A stretch of 63,555 nt of DNA, the filler included, from Lenisia limosa (Eukaryota > Protista > Breviatea): the NCBI GenBank assembly GCA_001655205.1. It is 9 parts of 9 records of this genome, joined end to end, with 100 filler letters (N's around TTAATTAATTAA, not from the genome) between each part and the next. Parts side by side here need not be neighbours in the genome. Positions count along the whole stretch, not along the records: positions 1 to 26,135 come from LPNZ01001809.1; 8 more parts are not named here. One strand, written 5' to 3'. The notes under the pieces are model-generated. The model saw nothing but the letters and a program-made list of their open reading frames with translations, searched no databases and was not told the DNA's origin. Each line of letters starts with the position of its first letter. The first letter of the stretch is position 1. This document shows positions 1 through 11,969 of the stretch, piece after piece. The position numbers and the translations under genes are program-made.

Positions 1-228
1 ACAGTATTTGACCATTTCCTCTCCATCTCCCATGAAAGGCCCAACACAGAGAAGCATGTCAAATTTGCCTACGACGTAAACAGTGATATGCTGCACCCAC
101 CTTTAGCAGCGATAATCTTGTTTACCCTGGCATAAAGCTGACCAAACTTGCCATTAACGGTTCCAGATACCAGACTGAATGTAAAGTGGGCTTAGAATTC
201 AGGGAACTTACATTTTGAGATTGGACAT
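1..228 (-). CDS. CWF19L1: CWF19-like protein 1 (Drn1), 5' part; runs off the window edge
   Basis: Splicing two GT-AG introns gives MSNLKILVSGTVNGKFGQLYARVNKIIAAKGKFDMLLCVGPFMGDGEEMVKY. This resembles the N-terminal metallophosphatase-like region of CWF19L1 (G.V.GKF...GxFDxLLCVGxF), recalled from family knowledge. Confidence 0.8.
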
Positions 229-474
229 CGTACAGCCAACCTTATTTACTAATTACTGGCTAATTATTAAACAATTAAACAATTAAACAACACAACACAC
301 CAACACACTTTGTACACCACACTTTGGGATTTCTGGCTTCTTTCAGATACGAATTTACATCTTGACTGGAATTTGCCCTGCTTGCAATTGTTTAAAAAAA
401 TGTTGTCAAAAAGGAAAAAGAAAGAAGAAAAGAAGAAAAGAAGAGCATTGAATCTACACTACCCAGTTCTAGTG

Positions 475-3400
475 ATGAAAATGACGGGTTTCCCGAAGTT
501 TTTGCTTCTATTGTTACTTTTTTCGCTACTAAATGCATTCATTTTGATAAACACTAACAGCACAACCGAAGTACTTGGTAGTATCCTTTCCCCGCGTTCA
601 CACCTTATTGTGTAGGGGATCTGAATGTTATCGGAGGACGTATTCTCAAAGATGGAGTAGAAGTTGGATTAACAGGTATGATTGGACGATAGGTTAATTC
701 TGAACATGTTCTTTTTATTGACTCGGCTAGTTTTTTTTTTTTTTTTTTTTTTNNNNNNNNNNNNNNNNNNNNNNNNNNNNNNNNNNNNNNNNNNNNNNNN
801 NNNNNNNNNNNNNNNNNNNNNNNNNNCTTTTTTTTTACCAGTCCACAGGCCCCAAAGGCGAAAAAGGTGATCAGGGAGATCAGGGCATACAGGGAGTTCA
901 AGGTATACAAGTAGGTGGGAAATGTAATGAGAGAACCTTACTTTTGAGTTGTGCCTGATGACGTGGCAATGCGAAGAATTTCCCCGACACGGCAAATCTT
1001 TTTTTGTGTTTTGACGAACTTAGGGGATCCAAGGCCCAGCAGGAGCGGATGGGACCGGTGGAGGTGAGGCCTTTGTCATTTGTTGCCCGATTTGATGGAT
1101 ATGAACAGAAAAACACCATTCATTTAATATACATAAGATGGAATCTATTAGATATATGATATTAGATCATATCAATATCATATAGTAGATTGTGTACGGT
1201 GTGTAATATATATATGATATGATATAATTACATGATATGATATAGTATCTATCATATTAGTAATTATTTTGGCAATTATTTTGCAGAAGCAATTGTTGTG
1301 CAATTCTTTTGGAAGGCGGCTATTTGTTGCAAAGGGTCCAATAAATATTTGAGATGGCTGATTGACAAAACAGGGTCCAACTGTGCAGCCAAAACCATAA
1401 TTTGGGGGAGCTGCAGGAAGTACACCAGTGCACTCAATCATGCGCGTACACGCTCACTTGTCAACTCACAAAGCGGCTATTCTGGCAGCGCTGTGGTAGC
1501 ATGTATTAACGGAGTACATATCATTTCTGGTACCTCCAGTTGTGCTGCTGACGTAATGTTGGGGGGGGGGGNNNNNNNNNNNNNNNNNNNNNNNNNNNNN
1601 NNNNNNNNNNNNNNNNNNNNNNNNNNNNNNNNNNNNNNATCGTGTTTCCCTGGACATATGCGAGTGACCATGGCGGATGGCAAGAAAATTGATATACAAT
1701 CAGTCAGGCCAGGCCAGGTTGTCAGATCCATCAATGGCCAAAATGCAACGTAGGTTGTGATGCTGTGGAAATGTTTGGATAGTACACAACGAATGGGTAT
1801 ATGTCTTTGTCTTTCTTGGCTTATGTGAAACTCATTCATTTATTACTTAGAGTCGTTGGAGTTGATAAGACTGTCTTGGGGAGCCGATTTCTTTATAAAG
1901 TTCACCAGGTTTGTTCATTCAATATTCAAAATGTGCGTTCCATTTCTTTTTTCTTGTTAATGTGATCTACTACCATTTGGATTCCTCTGATTATCACAGT
2001 GCTTATTCGAAATATTATATGGTAAATCGAACAGGAAGTGTTAACAACTTTTTTTTTTTTTGTTGGTAAAAGAATCCTACTAAGAAGGATTTTATGGGAT
2101 GGCCTTGTGTGTAGTTTACAATTGAAATCTTAGTTTTAATATCACGATTTTCAGCTTGAACTGACCGATGAACACCCCATTTGGACTCGTAATGGATTCG
2201 CTGTTATCAAGTAGGAGGGACAATCAGAGTTGTAGTCATACATAATACACATATTATTATGCATATATCATCAATTTGATAGTATACTATCTTTTCTAGT
2301 AATATATATAGTTAAAACCGCGAACATGATTAAAACCGCGAACAAAAGGAGGCTTTTCTTTCAAATTTTGAGCCAATACGCTCCTTATTTACGCCTCTTT
2401 CGCATTTTTTGCAAATTATCGCCCGAAACACTCCTTTATACAGGGTTTTATTCATAAGAATAGGCAGGGGTATCAACATCCATGCAAAATACCACCTTCA
2501 TGGTACTTCAATTTTTCATGCAAAATACATTAAAAACACTGATTATGGGCCTAGAATTGTCCCTGCGATAAAGTGAAGACGTTCTTGCACCATCAGATTT
2601 GATTTTTTCCACTCTTGAGTAACCTAGAGACATTTAAGTAGAGAATACGAGACAAATTGGGCAAAAAATGAGCGTAAATTACCCATAAATGGGCGAAAAT
2701 ATGATAGAAGATGTTAATAAATCAAGCGAATTTGACTATTACCTTTTGTGCCGTTCCAGAACGGTAAATGAGTTGTTGACGTCCATTGGCTCCATTATAG
2801 AGACTGAACAAGAAAAATTCTTGAAAAAACCGTTACAAAAGTTGACTTAAATACCTCAAAACCACTACATTTTCTCCAAAAATGGACTTCAGATTCAAAT
2901 TCTCCTTAAAAATCTGCGTTTCTATAGTGGGGCACTTTAATAGGCTTAAAATGCTATTATTCTGAAAGAGGGGTGTTTCAAAAAATATTTTCGCGTTAAG
3001 GAAACTGGGTGACCCCAGCGGGTTCGATTCTGATAAAAAGATCTTTTTTTTCGATTTTTTTATCTCGTCATTTGTTTCTTCTTTTTGCTCAAAATTTCTT
3101 TGTTTTGATGTTATTGATAGTCTACTCAAAACTGCCGAATTTCACACTAAAAAGGGTGCTATTGAAGCGATTTATGTCGATTTTTGGCTTGTTCGCGGTT
3201 TTAATCATGTTCGTATATCATAAAATCATATAATTACTATTATATAATGGCTAGTATATGATAGGCATTTCACTCTATCCTATCAAAACAAACGCAAATA
3301 TTCTACTGCATGCAAATATCATTGTACGTGATGAGACAACCCTTATTTATGTGTTTGAAACGGTTGTTTGTGAATACCTGATTTTTCAGTCTCACGTCCT

Positions 3401-4010
3401 ACCGCTCAGAAGTGGGAGAAGTTCGGCCAGTGGCTACTTCTCAGGGGCAGAAGATGATGCAATACAAGGGTGGGTTGGCAAAAACTTTTCAAAGGGCGAC
3501 GTGGGTAGAATCATGCTTTCTTTCCCAAATAGCCTTGTAAATAATTGTTCACAGGCATGGAGTCCATTGTCCAGTTTGAGGATAGAATGGAAGTCTTGCA
3601 CCTGAAGGGTAAAACCGAACAATTTCTCCCTGCAAAGGTTGGTAGCGTTCTTCAATGTAATAACGGGGTTCCTTTTACAATCTTTTTGTATTTCATATTC
3701 AAACAGCGAACTCTGGACAATTTATCATTTTTGACCACATTTTAGATTCACAAATTGGATACTGGCCATCCAGACCTGAAGCTTTTCTCTCTTGTTTTGG
3801 ACGGGCCTGTAAGAGGGGAATGCATTTGAGAGCATGAAATGCATTGGGCTTTTCTCAGTTCATTTGTTTAATTCTTATGCAATATGCAACCAGACTGTTT
3901 TTTAACCTGATTAGTTTTCACATTCTTCATTTCTTCAGCAAGTGATGTTCGTCGAAGATGTTGCCGTAAGTGGTTGGGCAAACGACGATGAGGAAGGTGG
4001 CGAGATGTAG
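475..4010 (+). CDS. Secreted collagen-Hint protein, copy A (about 12 exons)
   Basis: Joined exons give: signal peptide MKMTGFPKFLLLLLLFSLLNA; EVLGDLNVIGGRILKDGVEVGLTG; collagen GPKGEKGDQGDQGIQGVQGIQGIQGPAGADG; Cys module GSNCAAKTIIWGSC...GYSGSAVVACINGVHIISGTSSC; Hint SCFPGHMRVTMADG...LELTDEHPIWTRNG...LFSLVLDG...QVMFVEDVAVSGWANDDEEGGEM*. Small assembly gaps fall within introns. Confidence 0.85.
2321..3213. mobile_element. TIR-bounded non-autonomous DNA transposon in an intron of Hint copy A
   Basis: Perfect 25-bp inverted repeat: cgaacatgattaaaaccgcgaacaa (2321-2345) and ttgttcgcggttttaatcatgttcg (3189-3213), with TA-rich flanks. The equivalent intron in copy B is under 100 bp, versus about 1.2 kb here. 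Confidence 0.7.
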
Positions 4011-4183
4011 CTGTTTTAGTTTTTGAAATTTGGGTATTTGTTTGTCATGTTATGTTATTATTATGTAGTATTTTGTTGTATTATATTTCAAAAGGTTTAC
4101 TTTTGTACTTGTATTATGTTTCTTGGGTGGGGTATTGACTTAACCAAAAATACATCAAGGGGAAATTGACAATAAACAGTGAA

Positions 4184-6036
4184 CTACTCCATCATAGTGA
4201 GTTTGTCATCACTGGCCCATCCACTTACGGCAATATCTTCAACGAACATTATTTGCTGGGGGGGGGGGGGGNNNNNNNNNNNNNNNNNNNNNNNNNNNNN
4301 NNNNNNNNNNNNNNNNNNNNNNNNNNNNNNNNNNAACGAGTGAAAACAGCTTCAGGTTGCGTTGTTTGTACTCTTGCTTTTGCATCTAAAAATTAATATT
4401 TATCACCACAAGTAAAAAAGAGTCAAATCTTTGGACCTAAAAGTACCAACCTTCACAGAGGCCCATTGTTCAGAACTTCCTTTAATTTGCAAGATCTCCA
4501 TTCCTTCATCAAACTGCCCAATGGATTCCATTCCTGTGTTCCATTATAATTTCATTGGGACTATGAGATACATGGTGGCAATTTTACCCACGTCGCCCTT
4601 TGAAAAGTTTTTGCCAACCCACCCTTGTATTGCATCATCTTCTGCCCCTGAGAAGTAGTCACTGGCCGAACTTCTCCCACTTCTGAGCGGTAGGACGTGA
4701 GACTGAAAAATGAGGTATTGTGGCAATATTGTTTTATAAACCTGCAACATGCTATCAAAAATGGTAACAGCCCCAAGCCTCCTTGAACAACCCAGCCCAC
4801 TTGATAACAGCAAATCCATTACGAGTCCAAATGGGGTGTTCATCGGTCAGCTCAAGCTGAAAATCGTGATCATTGAAGATTAAGCAGTTTTATAAATGCT
4901 TCCCGGTGACACAGCCGTCTCACTTCATTTAATGAGTAAAGGAATCGGTCGCCCAAAAGAGTCTCATCAATGCCGATAACTCTAAAAGAAAAAAATATCA
5001 GACAGTTCTTGTATAACTATTGGGTTTTCTTATAAATTCACTTCAGTTCAACTTACGTTGCATTTTGGCCATTGATGGATCTGACAACCTGGCCTGGCTT
5101 GACTGATTTGATATCAATTTTCTCGCCATCTGCCATGGTCACTCGCATATGTCCAGGGAAACACGATCTAAAAACATAGTGAGCATGAGTCATTGAGACT
5201 TCCCATCCTTCCCATACACACACATCAACGTAGGTGCAACTGCTCTCGCTGTTGGAGATAATTCTCCCATTCAGACACGCAATAATAATTGAGCCACTGT
5301 AGGATCCAGAAGTGGTCAGGGTCTTCGAGGCCGTGTGGGTCATTGAACCAGAAGACATCTGGCACCCACTTCCCCATCTAACTGTACTGGAACCACATCC
5401 GCTTCCTTCAGTGTTAACATTAGTTGACGTATGTTTATAATGTATGATTACATTTTGCATAAAATATAAAAAAGGGTATTATTCATCCCTTTCTCCCATT
5501 ACCAGTAATTCCGTCTTCACCTGCAGGACCTTGGATGCCCTGATGGGAATGAGTTGAATCAATGGTAATAAAAATGACCATGAGAGGTAGGAGCATACCT
5601 GGATTCCCTGCTCTCCCTGAATTCCCTGATCTCCTTGCGGGCCTTGTGGACCTGGTATGGTAAGCACAGATTCTTCAGCCACAAACGTATCCTCAGACTC
5701 ACCAGTCAGGCCTATTTCAACACCGTTGCTCATAACTTTTCCAAGGACATTGATGTCTCCTAAAACGTAAAGAAATATGATATGGGATATGGGATATAGT
5801 AAGGGTGAAAAATGCTATATTTTCTTTATAACTGTCCCAATAGAAACGCAAGAGATATGGCAGGAATGATCAAAAACACGTTTGCATCCGCATCTAGTCA
5901 TCTAATCTATCAAAACCTGCAAGCAGGCAGAGAATGCCCGTATACCTGGAACCTCAAGCGTAAAGTTATGGTTGAGATAAAGGAAGCCGTTTGCAGAACA
6001 GAGAAGCACTAGAAGAAGCAAAAGCGAACCAATCAT
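4184..6036 (-). CDS. Secreted collagen-Hint protein, copy B (paralog, convergent with copy A)
   Basis: Joined exons give: MIGSLLLLLVLLCSANGFLYLNHNFTLEVP; GDINVLGKVMSNGVEIGLTG; GPQGPQGDQGIQGEQGIQGIQGPAGEDG; GSGCGSSTVRWGSGC...GSYSGSIIIACLNGRIISNSESSC; SCFPGHMRVTMADG...LELTDEHPIWTRNG...QIMFVEDIAVSGWASDDKLTMME*. Intron positions match copy A where they can be compared. Confidence 0.85.
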
Positions 6037-6425
6037 TGTCCAGAGTGAGGATGGAGGTTAATCTATGGGTATTTATTCAATGATTTATATATCACACGTT
6101 AGGTTTAACTTAATTATAGAGATCTTACTCAAGATTGACACAAGGAATGCGAAATACAGGCGATTAGGGGAAGACAAGCCGCCACGTCACTATTTCTTGG
6201 TCCGGTTTTTTTTTTGGATCAAAAGATCATTCTCTGGGCAGTTACTTGCCTTATATGGTACAATCCACTCCTCTGCAGTTTTGGTTTGTGGGCGCTTCCG
6301 TCAACCTGCTCCTTCATTTTTGCAACTCATGTCACTCTGAATATATGATGTTGCCATTATTTCAACCAATTTTTGTTAAGTTCCTCAAATAATTGACTTG
6401 CAGATAAACCAAGGCAGATATTAGA

Positions 6426-8700
6426 TGAAAGTAGCAACATTCATCACATTCTTCTTTTTGGTTGTTCTCTTTAGACTTCCTTGTGTCAAATGCGCTCCTA
6501 CAAATGTGTCATTAACAGGTGCGATTGAGATGCTAAATGTAGTCTGAAAAGAAATCTGACCTTGTCAGTGCAATGTCAAGAAACTAAACTAGAGTTGCTG
6601 TATTGTGCCAAGTAATATATTATACGTATCCGAACGATTTGAGCAATTTTCCATGCGTTAACTCCTCAGTGTGTCCGGATCCTGAAGGTGTGGGCGCGCC
6701 AGACTTCAGCCTTGTGCGCACAACAGCTAACACTCTTTCGGAGAACTTAGTCTCCGTCGAATCGTTCCAAAAAATATTTTTCAACAGAACTGCTGGGTCA
6801 AAACAATGGTATTCTTGTCTTGCTTTTTTGTAAAATATGTGTGGTACATGTGTGTATTTCTTGGATAATTAATTGTTTTTTATTTCACAATAAACTGATT
6901 TCCTCTAACCCCCAAGTTTAAAGCGAGAAAAAACGCTGCTAGCAGACGATGATGAAGTTATCGGTTTCTTTGTGGAGCGATTTACTCCTGTTATTGTGGA
7001 ACACACTTTGTCATCAACCTTTCTCACCATGTGGAGTATGGGGTGATTTGCAAAGCTGTCACTATATTCATACGACCTCGTTTACTCTTTATTGCATTCA
7101 TACGACCTAAAGGATGAATTGCAGTTATTTATGTTCAGACCTCTTCCCAGACCTGGTGAAGGATATTACTTCAATTTGGACAAGTGTCAACAAAGATGAC
7201 CGGCTATTTGACGGTACATGAACAAAATGATATAATTACCCTGTAGTTGCTGAGGTGGTCAATCGAGCCGGTGTGAAATCCACAACAACACAAGCCTTCC
7301 TGCCCCTGACGTTCCATTCCACAGCTATTCATATTAACTTGGTCGGTTGTGGTCCTTGAACTGTCAGTGAGAATAATCGTTCCCTCCAAAACAGAGCAAA
7401 TAACAAAACCCATCTAACTGCATTTCTAATACTTTAGGGGACTGCTGAGTCACTTGGTATTGAATACTCAGGTTTGGACAAAACTTGAAAGCAAATAGTC
7501 CGAAGAGGGGGAACTATTCTGATTACCTAATTAATAGAGGACGAGAAACTATGGCGTTGTTTTATATTTCAGATATTCCGAGGTCGTTCACTCAAATGCC
7601 TACCTTCTGCAAAAAGGTCAGAAGTCTTGGTTCCTACACTTTTGTTGTCGGTGCTAAAGGTTAGAGGGCGAAAACCTTGACACAATTCAAAAGAATATTT
7701 TGTGTTAAAATTTTTTAGATGACATGGAGAATATTTCTTCCCTTTGGTTTGATGCAATTCTTCTGAATTTATTTGGGAAAGACTTTAGAGAAATGTTCAC
7801 CACTGCTCCGTCCAAAGGCTCTGTAGGTGTTACTATTGCTTCTCCCTCAATTATTTTGGTGTAATTAGTATTTTTAAAACGAGTGCACGATGATCAAACA
7901 TTGTCATTTTCAGTGGAACGACCCTCGAATTACAGTCGCGTTCAAGATGTTCCGTGCCTTGGTTGAGGCTGACTGCTTCTACCCAAATGCAAACTCGCTT
8001 AAAGTAAGCAAGTAAATAAGGCCCATGAAAGAAATACAATATAAACCAAAGAATGTTCAAAAAGAAAATTATCGTGCATCTATCATTAGCATGTTTTCTC
8101 TTCAAATTTTAGCTCTCTTTCTCCAACATTCTAATTGCATTTAGCTGTTTGATGCAACACAAACTGACGCAAATGCTGCAGAGCTTTATGCCGATGGTCA
8201 TGCTCTTGGGGTGAGACAGTTTGCTTTTGCAAGTGAATTTTCGAACGTTACATTATCCTAAGTCACATCTGATGATATCACCGAGTTTCCTTCGACCTGA
8301 CAAAGTAGGCGATTCTGTCGCCGAAAATGACTCAATACATGTTCTCGTCAGGTATATTCCTGAAAGCCATCCAGACAGACGTGTGGCCGTTCGAATGTAA
8401 TAACGGTGGACTTATACACGGCATGCAAGTCAGTAGAGTCTTTGGTATCTAATATGATATTATGAGTGCTCATATTTCACAAGGGTTTAAATTGGGTTTT
8501 TATGAATATCCTTAGTTTTTTATCATTCATAACAAATTACAAGGAATTTGCATTTAAAATCAAGATTTCTTATCATTCTAGTTTGTTGGCATCAGCGTTC
8601 CAAGTAACATTGATGATGACCAAGCAAGTACCATTGGTAGTATGTACTTTGATGATGTGAGCAAATAATTAATTGATGAATAGATGAACCTCTGTTCCCC
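6426..8700 (+). CDS. Uncharacterised secreted or membrane protein (multi-exon; 3' limit uncertain)
   Basis: ATG at 6426 gives signal-peptide-like MKVATFITFFFLVVLFRLPCVKCAP, followed by a GT donor and a series of GC-richer exon-like blocks separated by AT-rich GT-AG segments. No family recognised. Confidence 0.5.
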
Positions 8701-9147
8701 TATTATCTCTACTCTGACTTATAGGAATACTTGTTTGACATTGGTTTTGACACAGCGTCGGTGCCCATTTCCAAAAGAGTGGCCAATGTGGTTGGTTATT
8801 AATTCATTTTTCTCAACAATCGAACCTAGATTCATTGTAATATAATTCCTTGTTTCAGACAATCGAGACGTACCACGTACCTGCACATGCCACTTGGACA
8901 TACGCCATCATGAATGACTTATACACCACTTCTTCCACTGTTACAATGACATCAAAGGTGAGCAGACCAACTTCCCATCAAACTCTTAAATGACAAACTT
9001 CAGGAGATTGAGTCAATGAATGAGCTGTTTCATTTAATTTGGGACGGTACCGCGAGTGATGAGTTTCCTACTCGTCAACTGGGTATGAAGTACCCCATTT
9101 GCCCTTTTTGTTTACCAACTTGGATTAAAAATGTTGTTACTCTGCAG

Positions 9148-11910
9148 GTACATCATCAATCGAGGGTTTCATGCGTCCTACAGGCTGGGGCAGCAATAAA
9201 TATTCGAATGAAAGAATGGCGGTTTATCGAGACGAAAACAAACAATCATCAAAGGAGTACCAAAACAACAGAGCAGATAAGGGGCAATACCCATCAAACA
9301 ACCGGCTGGCTATGCAGAAGGCAATGCAAACTGTGCTGGGACACACTCAGATGCTGAACTCCAAGGTGACATTTACTGACGACGAAAACGTCATGGCATG
9401 TCCAGCCTTGACGTCGGAAGAAATGAATAACTTTTTGGACAACATTCGACATGGTGCAGCAGCTTTGAAAGACAAAGTTGGGGAGGGGGGCTCTTGACAA
9501 CTTGCGATTTTAGTTATTGTTCTCCTAGACATTCATTAGTCCTCTGTCATTGTCAACTTGTTTTAATTACAGAGTAAGCTGTCACATATCGAAGACGTTG
9601 TTGGGCAGAGAGGAGGCTTCTACAGTGAATCCGACGATGCTATCCAAACAATGCAATGGGCGTTGGAGAGCAGCAGGTCCTTCGATGCTTTGAACAAAGC
9701 ACCAATACCCTTAGTAAACGGATGCAAACGGAAAGCAGCGAAATATGTATATTTATCATTTTGGGTTTTGAATCTAATACTCGTAGGTTCTCCCAAATGG
9801 TGGATTCATCAATGGAAGTCAAGTATCTGTAGGCCTTTCAGTCAATAGTTTTTGAGCTAAACTTGTATTCTCAGCAGTTATGTATTGCAGAGTATAAAAT
9901 ATACTATCATATAGCTTTTGATGCAGCTAAGCACTCACTCTGAAAGGTGTCAATGGTGTCATTCAACCCCAACAGTCAAGAGTTCTACACCCTCGATGGG
10001 AGTGAGCCTAACCAGCTTGCGGTATGGACAAGCACTTTATAGAAATTTGCTTTGTGATATGCCCTAATATGATGTTACCAGATTGTGTACACCGGCGTTT
10101 TTGTTGTTCAAGGTCCAGCGCCAATTGTACTGAAAGTCAGATCGTTCATTTCTGGGTACAGCGGGCTCTAACTGGTGCTGACAAATGGGCATTACTATTT
10201 ATCCTTCAAAATATTGTCTTTTGGGTAAATTTTAATGATCTTTAGGTCGGAGGAGTCAGATCTATTGGAACTTATTTTTGAATTTGAAGATGAAGAGGTT
10301 TCTTCTGAAGAATCAAGTGAGATGACACCAGTCCCGAAATAAGACTGAACTCCTCGTATTCCTCAACAACTTTCTAGATTGCCATTCCTTGATTTTTGCC
10401 TCTTTGTTGCCCACATTTTTAAAGGCCTTTTTAATGGGCATTAATGTTTTCCTCACAATTATTACCAAATTTGCCTGAGACAACATTATTTAATAATCTA
10501 CTCAGATTCTGGTACATCGCACTCCAGCTGGCTCTGGGTTCTTATCATATTCGTTGTCGCGTTTGTCACGTTCTTCTCTTTCCAGTATTGCAATTCAAGC
10601 AGGTTTGGTTATTTTGCTGAATTTTTATAAATATTGGTGTTGTCTAGTAGCTTACTACCTAGGGTTGAGTCTCGAGAAAGGGACTTGGTACTTCAGGCAC
10701 TATACACTTCTGTTTGGGTACCACAGGAAAACATTACCCTCTATCGGTATGATCAGGATTTTGTCTGAAACCACTCAATGTTGCAAGTATTACAATGCAG
10801 ACCATGTATGACGTTAGGTTCAACATTTGAGCGGTTCTCAAGCAGCCAATTTGAGCCTGTTGACGTTTCCTCATTTGTGCCAGTCACACCTTTCACCACC
10901 CCACTGAATAGTCCCGTGATTCCCCACCATTTAAATCTGTCTCTTGAGAGGTTCGCTCATCTCCGCTAGTTTAAGCTGTTGTGATGTGGCCATTTTAACT
11001 GACACCCTAGCACCAGTCTTCCTGCCTCAACTGCATTGATAGCGTACATTGTTGACAAAGGAATTCATTGGGCTATTCCCACACATTCTTCTATCTCACA
11101 GCGTGCTTTTGCCCTTAAGGTAGGGGTAATGCAAATATTGTATTACATCAACATATTTTTTTGCTACACTTTTTGTAATTCAATACAGTTGGCAGTCTAT
11201 CATAGTACACGGGTGTTAGATTCCTCACTAATCATCCCATCAAGTTTGACGATGATACCGGAGTGCCAATGGGCAATGGCAGGTTGGCATTCAAATTATT
11301 TAATATCCAACTTGTATATCTACAACCAATATTATTTACAATGACCTAAGGTGGATGTATTTTCCGTGATGGAAAGATGTATCGCGCCCCGGGTTCTGTG
11401 AGACAACGCAGTTTGAGACCGCAAAAACGTAGGCTTGGAACGTTAATGTGATTTCAAAGCAGGTTGAAATGTAAATTACTTGGCATGCCATTGCTAAAAT
11501 GTTTTAGTTATGAGTGGTAAACGATCATACAGTTTTGGTGACCTAGGGACTATCCCATTTCAACAAACTGTAGGCGTCATTCTTCTAGAACGTAAATCAC
11601 GTTTCATGAAGTTTTATATTATAAAACTTCTCACATAATCAAAATTATTTTCTTTTAAAATATCCAATTAGTTGTTAATACCGTTTTCAAGTCATAACCA
11701 ATTTAGATCAGAAAATCAGTTGATGATTTGGATATAGAAATGTTGGAATTAAGGCAAAAGCAAGAAAACCAACAAAGTCCACTACAACGTGAAATCCAAA
11801 AGCGTTTTGTTGAAGAATCGTTTTCAAGATATTCGGGGTCCAGTGGGGACAATGATACAGTTATGCAGCCGCCAGTACTCTATCCGAGACCACGACTGAA
11901 GCAATGGTGA
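9148..11910 (+). CDS. Uncharacterised exons, including a predicted TM helix (one or more genes)
   Basis: Open exon blocks such as GFMRPTGWGSNKYSNERM..., MQWALESSRSFDAL..., a hydrophobic segment SWLWVLIIFVVAFVTFFSFQY (about 10520-10590) and DLDIEMLELRQKQENQQ...KQW*. The gene model could not be resolved. Confidence 0.35.
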
Positions 11911-11969
11911 AAAGGGAAAATAATTAACAACATGCAAGAAATGATTTGAACTGGAAATGTATCACATTT

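Noticed and set aside
1561-1640. Poly-G/poly-C runs abutting many gaps as G-quadruplex regulatory elements
   Set aside because: Their systematic position at gap edges is better explained by short-read sequencing or assembly failure at homopolymers.
1638-4010. Hint domains as true inteins or Hedgehog orthologs
   Set aside because: There is no terminal His-Asn plus Cys/Ser/Thr extein junction, no homing endonuclease, no Hedge signalling domain and no sterol-recognition tail.
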